Origin: a virus
IMG/VR virus record: IMGVR_UViG_3300038560_000007
Location: 1-64,000 of that record
Reading direction: 5' to 3' (one strand)
Length of the DNA: 64,000 nt
Below the pieces are notes generated by a model. That model was not told where the DNA came from and searched no databases. It worked only from the letters and a program-made list of their open reading frames with translations. A program made the translations under genes and the position numbers. Positions 7,582 through 19,174 of the stretch are shown here, one piece after another; positions within the stretch are counted from its first letter, which is position 1, and each line of letters opens with the position of its first letter.

Positions 7582-7635
7582 AGGTCGAAACGCCCTTCGG
7601 GGCGTCCACGTCTGAGAGACGTGCTGAAGAGACCT
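7582..7635 (+). ncRNA. Type II hammerhead ribozyme HH9; cleavage after C7606
   Basis: AGGTC-GAAA-CGCCC ttcg GGGCG-TC^-CACGTC tgaga GACGTG-CTGAAGA-GACCT. Confidence 0.95.
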
Positions 7636-7657
7636 GACAAAGGGAGGTGAACAGGAA

Positions 7658-7990
7658 ATGGGAATGATGGGATTTATGGCGCGGACTTACATTCGCCAGT
7701 CCATCAACGACGGTAGGCGCATACCTACCACACTGAACCAGCGGGAGCGGAACATCCTGAACAGGGAGATCCGCAAGGCTGGGATCATGCACGACCACTC
7801 GAAGGGCCGTAATCGGTGCAGGGCTTGTGCTGAGTACAACTCCGCAGCACGACGCATTCTGAAGGGAGAGAATCTCCTGGCCACCTCCACGAAGCAAGGT
7901 AACCGAGTGGTCATCAATGGTCACAGGCCAGGAACCAAGGTCACTGGCAGTGGCATGGGGACAGGGACTCCTCTGGACCTATTCATTTAG
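7658..7990 (+). CDS. Hypothetical protein
   Basis: GGAGGTG RBS after HH9; H...CRAC motif. Confidence 0.65.
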   Translation: MGMMGFMARTYIRQSINDGRRIPTTLNQRERNILNREIRKAGIMHDHSKGRNRCRACAEYNSAARRILKGENLLATSTKQGNRVVINGHRPGTKVTGSGMGTGTPLDLFI

Positions 7991-8181
7991 GGAGGAACTA
8001 TGCCGGTTGAGCCGGTAGATGTATGGGACGACCGAGGCTGTCCCATGCCCAAGGTCAGCCTCGTGGAGGCGAAGGCCTACATCGAAGCTGCGGCGCCTGC
8101 CGTCGCGGTCCAGCTCTACATTACGGACCAGGAGCAGAACGATTTCGTTCTTCTCGAGTCCGGCGAGTGGGAGGCAGCCTG

Positions 8182-8565
8182 ATGAGGAAGGAATCCAAGG
8201 TCCTCTTCGACGACATCCTCGGGGAACCACATCCCGCGGATATCACCATCCCGTTCAGTGTTGGCGACGCGAGCTACGAGATTGACCTGAACACGGGTCA
8301 TGCGGCAGCGTTCTACGCCGCACTCGAACTGTTCACGTCGAAGGCACGTCTGGTCGGGACTACGGAGAGGCCGAAGCCGAGGGTGATCCGTCGGCGAGGC
8401 GAGAAGCTGACCCCGAGCGGGTACAGGTCTCGTCCCATGCCTCAGCGCAGGCATGCGCAGGCAGTCAGAGACTGGGCTCGAGCGGACCCCGAGTGGCGTA
8501 AGCTCGTGCAGCCGAAGGGCCGCATACCTAACCGCGTCTACGAGGCGTATGACAAGGTGCACTGA
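8182..8565 (+). CDS. lsr2: Lsr2-like nucleoid-associated protein
   Basis: DD..G...TIPFSVGDASYEIDL dimerisation domain; VRDWAR...KGRIP...EAY AT-hook domain. Confidence 0.9.
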   Translation: MRKESKVLFDDILGEPHPADITIPFSVGDASYEIDLNTGHAAAFYAALELFTSKARLVGTTERPKPRVIRRRGEKLTPSGYRSRPMPQRRHAQAVRDWARADPEWRKLVQPKGRIPNRVYEAYDKVH

Positions 8566-9644
8566 CCTTCAGTGCTGATCAGGCTCATTCTCAGGGGCAT
8601 GAGCCTGTTCAGGAAGGGAGGTAGGCATGTCTAATCTATTCGAATCAGTACCGAATGGCAGCCTTACCGAACTCAATCGTTGGCTTACCGAAGTCCACGA
8701 GACGACATCCGCGGCCTGGGTACAGGCGGCTACAAGGGGCTTGAGAAGTGCACCGCTCTATGGTGTGCTGAAAGACACTACGGAGCTTCTAAAGGAAGCC
8801 GCACGTGAAATGAGGAAGCGAAATGGCATGGGGCAGTAAGGACCCGAGCAGCGGCAACTGGGCTGAGAACGCGAAGGCAGCCCGGCGAAGGGCAAGGGCG
8901 GCTGGGGCAAGCCGCAGAGGAGACACCGTGACCGAGAACCTGCAAGACGTCGTGTTCGACGGCGAGGGCGAGTATCACCCGGCCGGATCGTGCGATGCAT
9001 GCGCGGAGCCGCCCGACCTGGACGCGCTGAAGCGCGAGCCCGGCGAGCCGCTGTGGAAGTTCTCGCAGCGCGTGGACGACGAGATGAAGTCGCGGCCCTG
9101 CACCTGCGATCCGTCTCCTGATGGCATTCACCACTGGTACTGCGGGCTCGACGGCGACGAGATCCAGGAAGCGATCCGCGCTGCGACGAAGGATAGAAGG
9201 CCGGCCGACTCTACCGAGTCGCAAAGCGGCTTCCCGGCATGCCGTCAGCGCGGTGCCACGGCCGCCCTCCGATCCGATGGTACCGAGGACTTCTGCCCGG
9301 CACACAAGCCCGGCAGCGGCGGTGAGCGATGAGAGCCTTCGACACTCTCGTCGCAAGCTACGGCCGGGACGCCTACTGGGTCGGGCCGTTCGAGGACGAC
9401 ATAACCGAGCTCGGCATCCGCGCGGCCCGATGGGAAGTCGAGGAGAACGACGGCGGAAACCCCGCTGACCTGATGCTCGAAGACTGGGCCGCCAGCGGCT
9501 ACGGCCCGATCGGCGGTGCGTCGTGAACGGCTACGACGTGATCGCCATCTACCTCGTCACCGAAACCGTCATCCGGATCCTGGCCGCCGTGCTCCGGCAC
9601 CTTGCGACCCAGGCCGCCGCCAGGCGAAAGGCAGGCACCCAGAC

Positions 9645-10070
9645 ATGAACGAACGGACGAACTGCCCATTCTGCAAGCGCATCGCGGCAGGCGAGTATGA
9701 CTACGAGGACACCTGGTCTGTCGCGTTCCAGCCACTGCTCCCGGTCACGCCAGGCCATTTCCTGGTCGTGCCGCGCAAGCATGTCGCGCACGCCCTGGAG
9801 AGTCCCGGGTCGGCCGGCAAAGCGCTGGAATTCGCCGGTTACCTGGCGAACCAGATGGGCCTGGAGGCGGCGAACTTCATCACGTCGGCCGGACTGGCAG
9901 CCACGCAGTCGGTCTTCCACCTGCATGTCCACGTCGTGCCGAGGCACGCCGACGACGGCCTTGTCCTGCCGTGGACTCATCAGCGGGACGAGCTTCTGAA
10001 GCTGCCCGGAGCCGTTTCAGGCGAGCTTCTGAAGCTGCCCGGAGCAGTTTCACCGGAGGTGCCATCATGA
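9645..10070 (+). CDS. HIT family nucleotide hydrolase
   Basis: CPFC, PVTPGHFLVVPRKH, QSVFHLHVHVVPR histidine triad. Confidence 0.9.
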   Translation: MNERTNCPFCKRIAAGEYDYEDTWSVAFQPLLPVTPGHFLVVPRKHVAHALESPGSAGKALEFAGYLANQMGLEAANFITSAGLAATQSVFHLHVHVVPRHADDGLVLPWTHQRDELLKLPGAVSGELLKLPGAVSPEVPS

Positions 10071-11273
10071 TCGTCCGCTGGCTTGACCGTCTCCTCGCGC
10101 GCCTCCTGCCCGTCCGCACCCGGACCCATCCCGCATCTCGGTGACTTCACCAACGCCATTCAGTGCGTTGCCGTTAACTACGGTCACGTGGTCACGGTCA
10201 CGCTTAACGCCGATGGTGACGAGCCTGCTCCCATGGGCGGAGTCGGATGGTGCGGCTATCTCGCCGAGCACGGTTTCTCAGTATCATCATAAAAGGAGGA
10301 GTAATGCCAGGAACATGGACCGAACGGGAGCGGAGGATGCTACACGGCGTCACCGAATTCCGTCGACGTATCAGGGAGCAGGACGAGTTAATCGCCCAGC
10401 TCCAAAGTGACCTCGAGAGAGCCGGCGACAAGAACGCCGCACTCGAGCGGGAGAACATCCGACTCAACAGTGAACTCAACCAGCATATCCTCAGCGGCAT
10501 GGCCGGGGGTCAGGCAAAGGGATGGGATCAATGAGGCTCGAACAAGTTCAGACGGCGGTGAACAAAATCCGCGTGGCTGTGTACCAAGGTGACTTCGAGA
10601 AGGCACACGTCCTGGAGGATGACCTATACAAGAGCGTGCTCTTCGACGTAGCTCGAGGCTCAGCCGATGCAAGGAAGAAGGCATCGGTGGCGCTGACTTC
10701 TCAGCACATTGACTTCGCGAGGGTGTGTTCATGAACACACGCAAGGAACCGTCCGACATGTATGTAGCGTTCACATGTCTGGCTGCCCTTTCAGAGTTCG
10801 CTCTCGAGCCAGAGATGCTACCAGTGTACTCCGAGTATGTCTCGAGGAAGGCACTCGAAGTAAACGGGGCCGTCATTGAGATAACTCCCGAGACGGTCGA
10901 GTTCCTCCGAGCGAACATAGTGCTCGGGATGCAGTACGCCAGAACAGTCCTGGCAGGCCTGGAAGCGAGAGGAGAAGACTTCGTATGACCATGAAGGATC
11001 TCACGTGGGAACCTGAGTGGCTCCTGAAGATCGAACGCAAGTTCTGGTTCTACGTATACTGGATCAGGCATCCGCGTGACGCCTACTTCCTCCACAAGAA
11101 GTGGCGCGACCGGCCACACATCGGTGACGAGGTCCTCGTACACGGTACGGAGATCAAGATCGTTGCCATGTTCGGGGAGTCTCAAGACGACCTGATCTTC
11201 ACCGACGACAGGCATGACTCCTGGATGAGCTGCTGCAGTAGGGTGACGCCAGAAGATCGCGCTTGAGGGTGCC

Positions 11274-11302
11274 TTGCTTTTTGCTCGAGGATACTATATA
11301 AT
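11274..11302 (+). promoter_or_regulatory. Promoter P5
   Basis: TTGCTT-17 nt-TATAAT-AGAAAGTAG. Confidence 0.75.
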
Positions 11303-12588
11303 AGAAAGTAGAGGGGAGAAAACGCTATGGCATGGATAAAGATGGCTGGCAGCCAGACGATTATCAACACGAACTTCATCGTGCGTGGCGAGGTTGGGGG
11401 CCGGGAAACTAGCTGTCAGGTGGTCCTGACCGACTCGCTTGGGAAGGAACACCGAGGAGCGTTCTGTCAGTCCTTTTCTCAGGCTGAGGAGGCACTCCGA
11501 AAGTTCCTTGAGGCTGTAGTAGAAGACGAAGGAGGCCTAGATGAGGCTATCACCCTCTACGATCGAAGAGGCAGTCACACTACCTGACTGGCAGAGGTTC
11601 CGGATCTCGCTTAAGGGCCGGACGACTCAGATCAAACTGGCCATGCTACGCCTCTGGATGGTGAACAGGGCTCCTCTTTCGACACCGAAGCAGAAGCAGA
11701 TTCAGGTACAGAACTACCTGAACGCTCTCGCTCGGGGAGGGCTCATCGAGACATGTGACAAGGAACTGCCCGTCTCGGTGCAGTGTAGAGATGCGGAGAT
11801 CATTCGATGACAGTACAACCATACGACATCAAGAGCTTGTACAATAAGCTCGGAGGAATCTATGTCCCCTCGGACACGGCATATATAGCGACGGCACGCA
11901 TGGCGAACGAGGCCGGATGGCAGATCCTGACTCCAGAAGAGGATCCCGAAATAGACCGGGAAGACCTCGCCTACCAGGCGGAGAACAAGGAGATTATCGC
12001 CGTCCTGATGCGTCTTCGCCAGATCGAGAGTGACCAGGTCCCCGGCTTCAAGAGGGAGTGACTAGAATGCTTACCAACATTCTTATCGGAGCAATCTGCT
12101 TCGCGTCAGGCTTTATCCTCTGTGAAGTCGTACTACTTCACGATATGAGGATGTACGAGAGAGGAAGGTGGAAGAAATGAGCGAAGAGAACCTCGGAGAT
12201 ATCGTCTTCAACGAAGACGAGAGGCACCTGTTCGGAGGCTTCAACGAGAGCTACTACGACATCTTTCCCTCACAAGCCGAACTCGAGACCGCGTCCGCGC
12301 CGGACACAGGTTCGGCCTACATCGCAAACCTGCAGAAGGAACACGCGAACAGGATGGCCGAGGCTGAGATCTGAAGGATCATGCAGGACGACAAGGTCGA
12401 TCGACGATCAGCTGCCTGGCGTGCATCAGCCGCATGGGCGCTAAGCATCGCTACCGCCCTTGCAGACGGAGAGAGAGTCTGGGCCCCGTCCCTGCTCAAG
12501 TTCCAGTACGCGCGGGAACAGTTCGACGCGTTCTATCTCGATGACGACGGCAAGCCGAGGCGGAAGCATGACCTAATGGGCGAGAGTA

Positions 12589-13146
12589 ATGCTACTTGAG
12601 TATCATTCTCAGTCTCCGCACGGCCGACCTGTTCCTTACGGTCAGAAAGGACAGCATCCTGTGCCGCAAGTCAAGGCCCAGCCTCTCACCCAGGCTGAGA
12701 AGGTCGCTGGTCGCAAGTTCCGTGACGACGCGCAGCAAGCACTGCTTGACAGTGTGAACACTAAGGAGGTCCTCATGACGAAGCCCAAGAGCACTGACCC
12801 AGTCGCTCAGGCTCTAGGTGACTGGGCCGAAGGCAAGCTAGGTTCCGATGAGGCTGGTGCTGCTAACCTCGTTGGCGCCATAGTCCAGAAGAACTACAAC
12901 GACTACGCAACCAATACCCAGCAGCTCCTGGAAAATTACCGGCGCCAGGAGGCCGAGGCCAAGGCGACCATCGATCTGATTCGGTCTGACATCGACGCCC
13001 TGTTCCTCCAGCCGTGGATACCGCAGCCACACATGGTGCTGAAGGCGCTGTTCCCTGCGAGAGCTAGGGTCGAAGCGCTAGTGGAAGAGCGTGAGACTGA
13101 CCTGAATGCTCAGGCTAGCTCGCCGTACAGGAGCTATCTCCAGTGA
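12589..13146 (+). CDS. Hypothetical protein
   Basis: Long ORF coupled to neighbours. Confidence 0.6.
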   Translation: MLLEYHSQSPHGRPVPYGQKGQHPVPQVKAQPLTQAEKVAGRKFRDDAQQALLDSVNTKEVLMTKPKSTDPVAQALGDWAEGKLGSDEAGAANLVGAIVQKNYNDYATNTQQLLENYRRQEAEAKATIDLIRSDIDALFLQPWIPQPHMVLKALFPARARVEALVEERETDLNAQASSPYRSYLQ

Positions 13147-13463
13147 AGGATCAGTACCACACTGAGCACGGCGAGTGCGTAATCGACCTAATGCCGATAC
13201 CTAACTATGGCGAGAACTGGTGGCTCATGACAGGTTGCCAGACGTACTGGAAGTATCGAGGCCGAGGCTATGCAAGTCACCTCATGAGGCAGGTCATCAA
13301 AGACGCCGATGAAGAAGGTGCACGCATTGCGCTACAGGCTGATGCACAGCCTCACGACAACAGGAAGAAGCCTGGGCTGAACCAGATGCAGCTCATGGCC
13401 TTCTATCGAAGATACGGGTTCCGAAGTGGATCCGGAGATGACGAAAGGATGATGGTCCGATAA
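13143..13463 (+). CDS. GNAT family acetyltransferase
   Basis: YRGRGYASHLMRQV acetyl-CoA motif A; FYRRYGF. Confidence 0.85.
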   Translation: MKDQYHTEHGECVIDLMPIPNYGENWWLMTGCQTYWKYRGRGYASHLMRQVIKDADEEGARIALQADAQPHDNRKKPGLNQMQLMAFYRRYGFRSGSGDDERMMVR

Positions 13464-14062
13464 TGGAAAACGACGAAGAGCCGATCACCCTCATGGCTCG
13501 AACCTTGTGGGAGTTTCTGAAGCCCGCCTGGCAACGACGAACCTGGGAAGAGATCACTGACGACGAACGTCACAGGTTTGAAGTGGCAGCTACCAAGAGC
13601 CACACTGCATACCACGACCAGTACGAGAGGATGCAGGACCGATCCGCTCGAGGGATGAGGTCATGAGGCGCTTGTATCTTGGAGCCCTCATAGGTTTCAT
13701 AGTCGGCGCCACGCCCTGGCTTATCGTTGTCTGGAATTGGAATAGTTCTTGGACAGTGCTACTCAGCGTCCTCGTAGGCGGAGTGTCCGCCCTCGTAGGC
13801 ATGTGGGTCGCGAGCGCGACGGAAAAACTATGACGCTTACGGACTTGTCAGATGCCAGACGCGCTCTCAAGTCTACCCTTGGTGAAGACGATAGGGATGT
13901 AACTAACGAGCGCGTTAAGGAAGACGAAAACGGGCTTCCTGTCTGCGTACTGCACGGGGCTATGAACCGCGTGCATCCGACAGAGCAGTACTGGCGATGC
14001 TCGGAATGGCACTGCGGAGTCGGAGCACAGATCGTCTGAGAAAAATTCACCAAAAAGGGGCC

Positions 14063-14092
14063 TAGCTTTCACCGCGAGGTCCCCTATATAAT
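14063..14092 (+). promoter_or_regulatory. Promoter P6
   Basis: GGGGCC-TAGCTT-18 nt-TATAAT-AGAAGTATAG. Confidence 0.75.
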
Positions 14093-14412
14093 AGAAGTAT
14101 AGCCACGAGAAGAAAAAAAGACAGAAAGAAAGAAGGGCACGTGTCCGCTTACACCAGTATCCAGGATCCTCACGAGGGTCGGAACGTCGACTTTATGCTC
14201 GAGATTGGCATGGACGCAACCAACGCCTTCTTCAAGAACGCCACCCCCGATGATGTCCTCGGCGCCATTGAGTCCAACGAGGAGAAGTGGCCTCTCGAGA
14301 AGCTGATAGAGCTCCGTGACAAGCTCCAGGACGTGATCCTCCACGAGGCGGCGCAGACAGGTCCTGAGCGGCTCCGGCTCATGACCAACGACAGCTAACC
14401 CTTCCCTGAACC

Positions 14413-14514
14413 CCTGGCTAGAACGTCTCGGAAATCCAGTCTAGCTAACTGGCCTGGCCGACTGCAGTGATGGATTAGAATCCCTCTAATCGAGAGAGGC
14501 GCGTTCTAGTCAGG
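14413..14514 (+). ncRNA. Structured intergenic RNA element (CCTGGCT..CAGGTT closing-stem family)
   Basis: CCTGGCTAGAACG pairs with CGTTCTAGTCAGG; related stems at 19175 and 21187. Confidence 0.5.
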
Positions 14515-14535
14515 TTTTGAGGAGAAGGAGGGCAT

Positions 14536-15273
14536 ATGACCAGTCTCATGACTACCAAACTGGTAGTTTCACTAGATGAGTACCTTAGATCACGGACGAT
14601 GGCTGGTAGCCGTGTGCAGGTCACGAACGATCACATCGCGACGCACCTGAACGTAACAGTCGAGGCAGCAACCAAGGCACTGCAATTGCTCACGCGAATC
14701 GAGGGCTCAGGCCTTACCCGGATCAAGAGCCTGAACGGGAACGGGTACGAGTACAGGATGCCTGAGAAGTATCCATCAAGGCTAGGGGAGATGAGGAACG
14801 CTTTGCTCCGAGACGAGAAGCGCGAACAGGACTCAAGACGTCGAGGCCAGCTGACAGGTGAAATCCTGACCTGGATTAGGGAGCATCCTAACAAGATGCC
14901 CGCTTCGATTCGCATGATCGCCGAGGAGATCGAGGCCGATCCCAACTCAGTGGCGAACTGCCTGCTGAAGCTGTCGAGGAACGGCTTCATTGAGAGGTGT
15001 CCGATACAGTCAGGCTGGTATCAGATTCCGGCTATGCACGACGAGCTCGAGTCGCTGACTAAGCCACACGATTACCAGGAAGGCTCAACGACGCTAGCAG
15101 AGGTGCTTAGCATCGCGAAGCCTGAGCCCAGTGCGAGCGGCTATGCGCTTACTGAGCCTAGGTCCGCTCGAGTTCCCTACTGGCCTCACATCGAGATCGT
15201 CGCGGAAATGGAAGATGGATTCGTCGCTAAGGACGTAAACACCGCTAAGGCGTATAGGGTGACTGAGCTATGA
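14536..15273 (+). CDS. Putative double winged-HTH DNA-binding protein
   Basis: Two wHTH-like segments (VTNDHIATHLNVTVEAATKALQLL; SIRMIAEEIEADPNSVANCLLKLSRNGFIER). Confidence 0.55.
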   Translation: MTSLMTTKLVVSLDEYLRSRTMAGSRVQVTNDHIATHLNVTVEAATKALQLLTRIEGSGLTRIKSLNGNGYEYRMPEKYPSRLGEMRNALLRDEKREQDSRRRGQLTGEILTWIREHPNKMPASIRMIAEEIEADPNSVANCLLKLSRNGFIERCPIQSGWYQIPAMHDELESLTKPHDYQEGSTTLAEVLSIAKPEPSASGYALTEPRSARVPYWPHIEIVAEMEDGFVAKDVNTAKAYRVTEL

Positions 15274-17473
15274 AGGGACATGCGCTGGTCAGGTACGGAC
15301 CACGCGACTGGCGCTGCAAGTGCGGGATTCCCCTGTCTGACGGCCCGCTCGGCGGGGGCCGAACGGGCGCCCGCGACGTCATGCGCTTCCACCGGTTCGA
15401 CCTCCAGCAGGCTATCCTGGAGGCGCGGCTGAACGAACTGGAGAACACCATGCTCGGCGACTTCAAGCATGCGAAGGAGACCCCGCTCAAAGGGATTAGA
15501 AATCGAAGGAGGTGAAACATGGCAAGGGAAATCTACCTGTTGATTCAGGACAACAAGGTTGCGGAAGAGTTTGCTAAGGCGATGCTCGTAACCGAACGTG
15601 ATGGCATGCCATTTGTCCCTAGAGGGACAACGATCGATGCGATCGTCGCTAGGCCGACACTGTACTGCAAGTGCTCTTCAACCAAGAGGAAGCGGGGTCG
15701 GCAAAAGCCACTGGATGACTTCACACAAGTCAAGAAGTTCGGATGGTGGGTGCACGCGCTGTGCAATCGGCCTACGAAGTACGTAGTCGAGCACTGGCTC
15801 GAGAACCACATAGGCGGATACAGAAACTTGCTATCCGACTTGAGGAAGCAGAGGGCAGGCACAGATGCAGATAAGGAGGACACAAATGAAGGACGCAGAG
15901 GTAGTTCCGCTGAAGAAGAAGGTAAGCGAGTTCCCTGAGGACATGGACCCCGCTATTAAGCGGGCGATTCTGCACCAGCGTGAGCTCGCCGCCGAGATCG
16001 TTCGCGGCGTGGGGCCTTTCCGACTCAAGACTAAGGCAAAGGCCAAAACGGAGGACAAATGAAGTGGCTAGACATTGTAGCCTGGATTGTGCTCGCTGTG
16101 GTCGGGGTCGTGATCCTCGGATGGATTCTAGGGCACATCCTAAGACGAGTGCACAGGAAGGTGCAGCGTCGAGAATACGAGAGCACTAGCGAGACCCAAA
16201 CGCAGAGCAGGCACATCATTGATGATGGCGTAGTCCGAGTTCTCCCCAAACCGACTGATGAGTGGACTGATGTCGGGCCCACCGAAGGCGGAGTCACACT
16301 CGGGTATGGCACCATCCGCGTAGGACTGGAAGGATGCGGCGGCGGCGGAGGCCAACTCCCTAGTCAGCCCTACCATATCACAGGCATACGCACCGAACGC
16401 GCTGAGCAGTCTGGAGCTGGTGTTGACTGGCACCGCTACCACGGTGAGCCCTGCATCATCGGTGTCGACCCTGCGAACTGTCCCGGGTGTCATCCGGAGT
16501 GGAAGTATGACGAGCTATGACCTACGTGAGGATCTGCAATGGCAAAGGCAATCGACCAGCGTGCCGAGACGGAGTCGCGTCCAGCGATGGAGATCCATCT
16601 CGGTGAAGCATTCGGGCCTCTTGAAGAGCAGGCTGGCTGGCAGCTGAACACCGCCAGGCACTGCATCATCTGGATGAACGGTAAGCGGTGGGAAGGCACG
16701 CTGTTCGAGCACACAGAGCGTGACCTATAATGGATCGAACGCTCTGGGATGAACTATACAAGGAAGCCGACGAACTTCTGAAGAACACAGCCATCGCCGA
16801 GGCTGCGGAGAGTCTTTCGACTGACCTAGTCTGGCAAAGCGAGTGCAGGACTCTAGCTAGGCAGTTCAGTCGAAAGGGGAGACGCCTCGCATCCAGGCTG
16901 GTCCCGTGCACGCATTGTGGAGCCCTCCCGGTCGAGTACTGCCAGACCGAGACAGGCCTGGACCTCCGTTATGTACACGCCACGCGAGAAGCCAGGGCAG
17001 AACTCAAGGGTTTCCTACCGAAGATGTACGTTCACGTTCATGCCGAGAACAGGGAATACAAAGGAGCCGACGAGATCAATGGACAGTCTTGAGCCTCACG
17101 AGCTCGATGAAGCAGCCGAGGTCGCAAACGACACCGGGCACATGTCTGGGTGGGCAGCCCTCGCCCTTGAGTACTGCTCAAAGAACGGCTTTGAAGGGTT
17201 CAAGGCCTGGATGGAAGAGCCTCTAGGCGATGAGTCTCCGGAGCAGTATGCATACCGGATGGAGATCGCCGGGGGAATATACCGAGAGGGCCTAAGGGGC
17301 ATCGCGATTCAATATGCAAACCAGTCCCTCGCCATGCAGGTAACGCACCGCGAGCTACACGACCAGGCCAACAACATACGAAGGAGAATGTCGTGACCGA
17401 AACGAGACAAGCGCCAGACTCACGCTACAGACCTGGAGATAATGAAGTACGCAGTTAGACATTGGAGTGAACT

Positions 17474-17857
17474 ATGACTCTCTACGCAGGTGGCCTGCGT
17501 AAGGACGAAGCTGGTCGAATAGTGTCGAACGTTCGCCAGCACGGCCAGAACATCGACGAGGTCGTCATCTGCCAGTCTCACACGATCTGGGACGTCCTGA
17601 ACTTCCTGGGTAGTGAATACACAGACGTGATGCAGAAGTGGATTGCGGCTCACGCTCCGGAGAACAAAGTCATCCACGTCAAGTGGGCTGACGTTATCTT
17701 TGACGTCCCCTCTAGGACTAGAGGGGACAGGATGCATATCGTCACCAAGCAGGGTGACCGATGGTCCTGTACATGCGAAGGCTATGGCTACCGAGGAACC
17801 TGCTGGGCTATAGCTGCCTGTATGGAGGGCGTATACGAACCGAGGAAACCACTATGA
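17474..17857 (+). CDS. SWIM-type zinc finger protein
   Basis: VPS...WSCTCEGYGYRGTCWAI. Confidence 0.6.
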   Translation: MTLYAGGLRKDEAGRIVSNVRQHGQNIDEVVICQSHTIWDVLNFLGSEYTDVMQKWIAAHAPENKVIHVKWADVIFDVPSRTRGDRMHIVTKQGDRWSCTCEGYGYRGTCWAIAACMEGVYEPRKPL

Positions 17858-18306
17858 GGTCAGAATCCTTCCCCTGCATCATCTGCGGAGTGACACTACA
17901 TCGCGCCTGGGATGAAGGTCTCGAGCAGCAGCCCGAAGATGGGATCATGTGTGAGACCGCAGGCAACTACGGCTCAACGGTATGGGACAGGACAAACGGA
18001 GAGCGTCTCGCTTTCAACATCTGTGACCCTTGTATGGTTAACGCCGGCATTCAGGGTCGCGTCATGACCTATCGTAAGTTCCGCGTGCTACTTATTGACA
18101 ACGGTGGTCCCGCCCCCATCGTGATCGGTAGGGAATGGCTACGGGACAGGCCTTACGTTCCGTGGCATAACGGCCTGGAGAGCGATGACGAGAACGTCGT
18201 TCTTTCCCTAGATGAGGTGGAGCACCTGCCAGATCACTGTGAGCTACAGCATGACCTTACGGTCGAAGACATACGAATGATGATTCGAGGTGAAACCGAT
18301 GAGTAG
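17854..18306 (+). CDS. Hypothetical Zn-binding protein
   Basis: CIICG...GNYGSTVWD...ICDPC. Confidence 0.65.
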   Translation: MRSESFPCIICGVTLHRAWDEGLEQQPEDGIMCETAGNYGSTVWDRTNGERLAFNICDPCMVNAGIQGRVMTYRKFRVLLIDNGGPAPIVIGREWLRDRPYVPWHNGLESDDENVVLSLDEVEHLPDHCELQHDLTVEDIRMMIRGETDE

Positions 18307-19117
18307 AATGACTGAACTCACAGCTAGGATGCCCTGGGTAGAGCGACTCCAGCTACCAGTCGACTGCCAAGGGTTCATGTCCCATACGCCCTTGAAGGCC
18401 ATCTATCGGATGGCCAACAACCCACCAGTCGGCCTAGATGCCTATCGGTGTAAGAAGCACGCGTACTGGAAGTTCACCTCAGTCTCGAACCGGCGAGGCC
18501 CTCGTATCCTATGCTGGGCCCACCTCTGGAGCGAGATGCGAGGCACCATAGAGGACTGGACCCGCCTCAAGAAGTGGATGCGAGCACATCGAGACCCAGT
18601 CGCCTCGATCGATATGACAGCCTTTAACCGTGAACAGGCTGACATCGAGATCTGCATTCTCGCCTATGGCACCGTCAAAGGCTCCCGGGAGTTCTACATG
18701 CCTCGAGGTGAGATGGCTACGGACGCCTTTGACCGGGAGCTAGACGAGGCCTGGAATAGACTGACCCCTAATCAGCAGGCTGCAATCCTCGATGGAAGGT
18801 TCAGCATGAAGGTCGGGACCTGGACCGACGCTATGACGGGGAAGGTTCTACCATAATGGAGGGGACTTTGCAACACAGTGCGAAGAGAGGTCGGCCAGCC
18901 CTGTATGACTGGGACTACCTGATCGAGAGGTCCCTGAAGCACACGGAGGAGCATGACTTCGTTCAAGGCGAAAACTTCCTATGCACGCCAGACTCTTTCG
19001 CTTCCCTTGTCCGAAGGACCGCACGCGTTCGTCACCTAGACGCTGGCGTGAGCATCGATGGAGATCATGTATACTTCATCTTCCTCCCGGAAAGAAAAAG
19101 ATCCTAGCGTAGGGGCC

Positions 19118-19147
19118 TAGCTTTCCACATGAGTCTCGCTATATAAT
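19118..19147 (+). promoter_or_regulatory. Promoter P7 (drives non-coding structured RNA cluster)
   Basis: GGGGCC-TAGCTT-18 nt-TATAAT-AG. Confidence 0.75.
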
Positions 19148-19174
19148 AGACTTATAATTGAATTTGATAAAGCT

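Noticed and set aside
1204-7635. Intergenic repeats as a CRISPR array, REP elements or terminators
   Set aside because: Spacing is gene-sized, stems covary around an invariant hammerhead core, and there are no U tracts or cas operon.
6789-7640. 283-aa minus-strand ORF
   Set aside because: Shadow of the P-loop ATPase; no RBS or motifs.
8179-8200. CTGATGA as a tenth hammerhead (also near 16255)
   Set aside because: No properly placed GAAA/stem III/NUH; it is a stop-start overlap or coding sequence.
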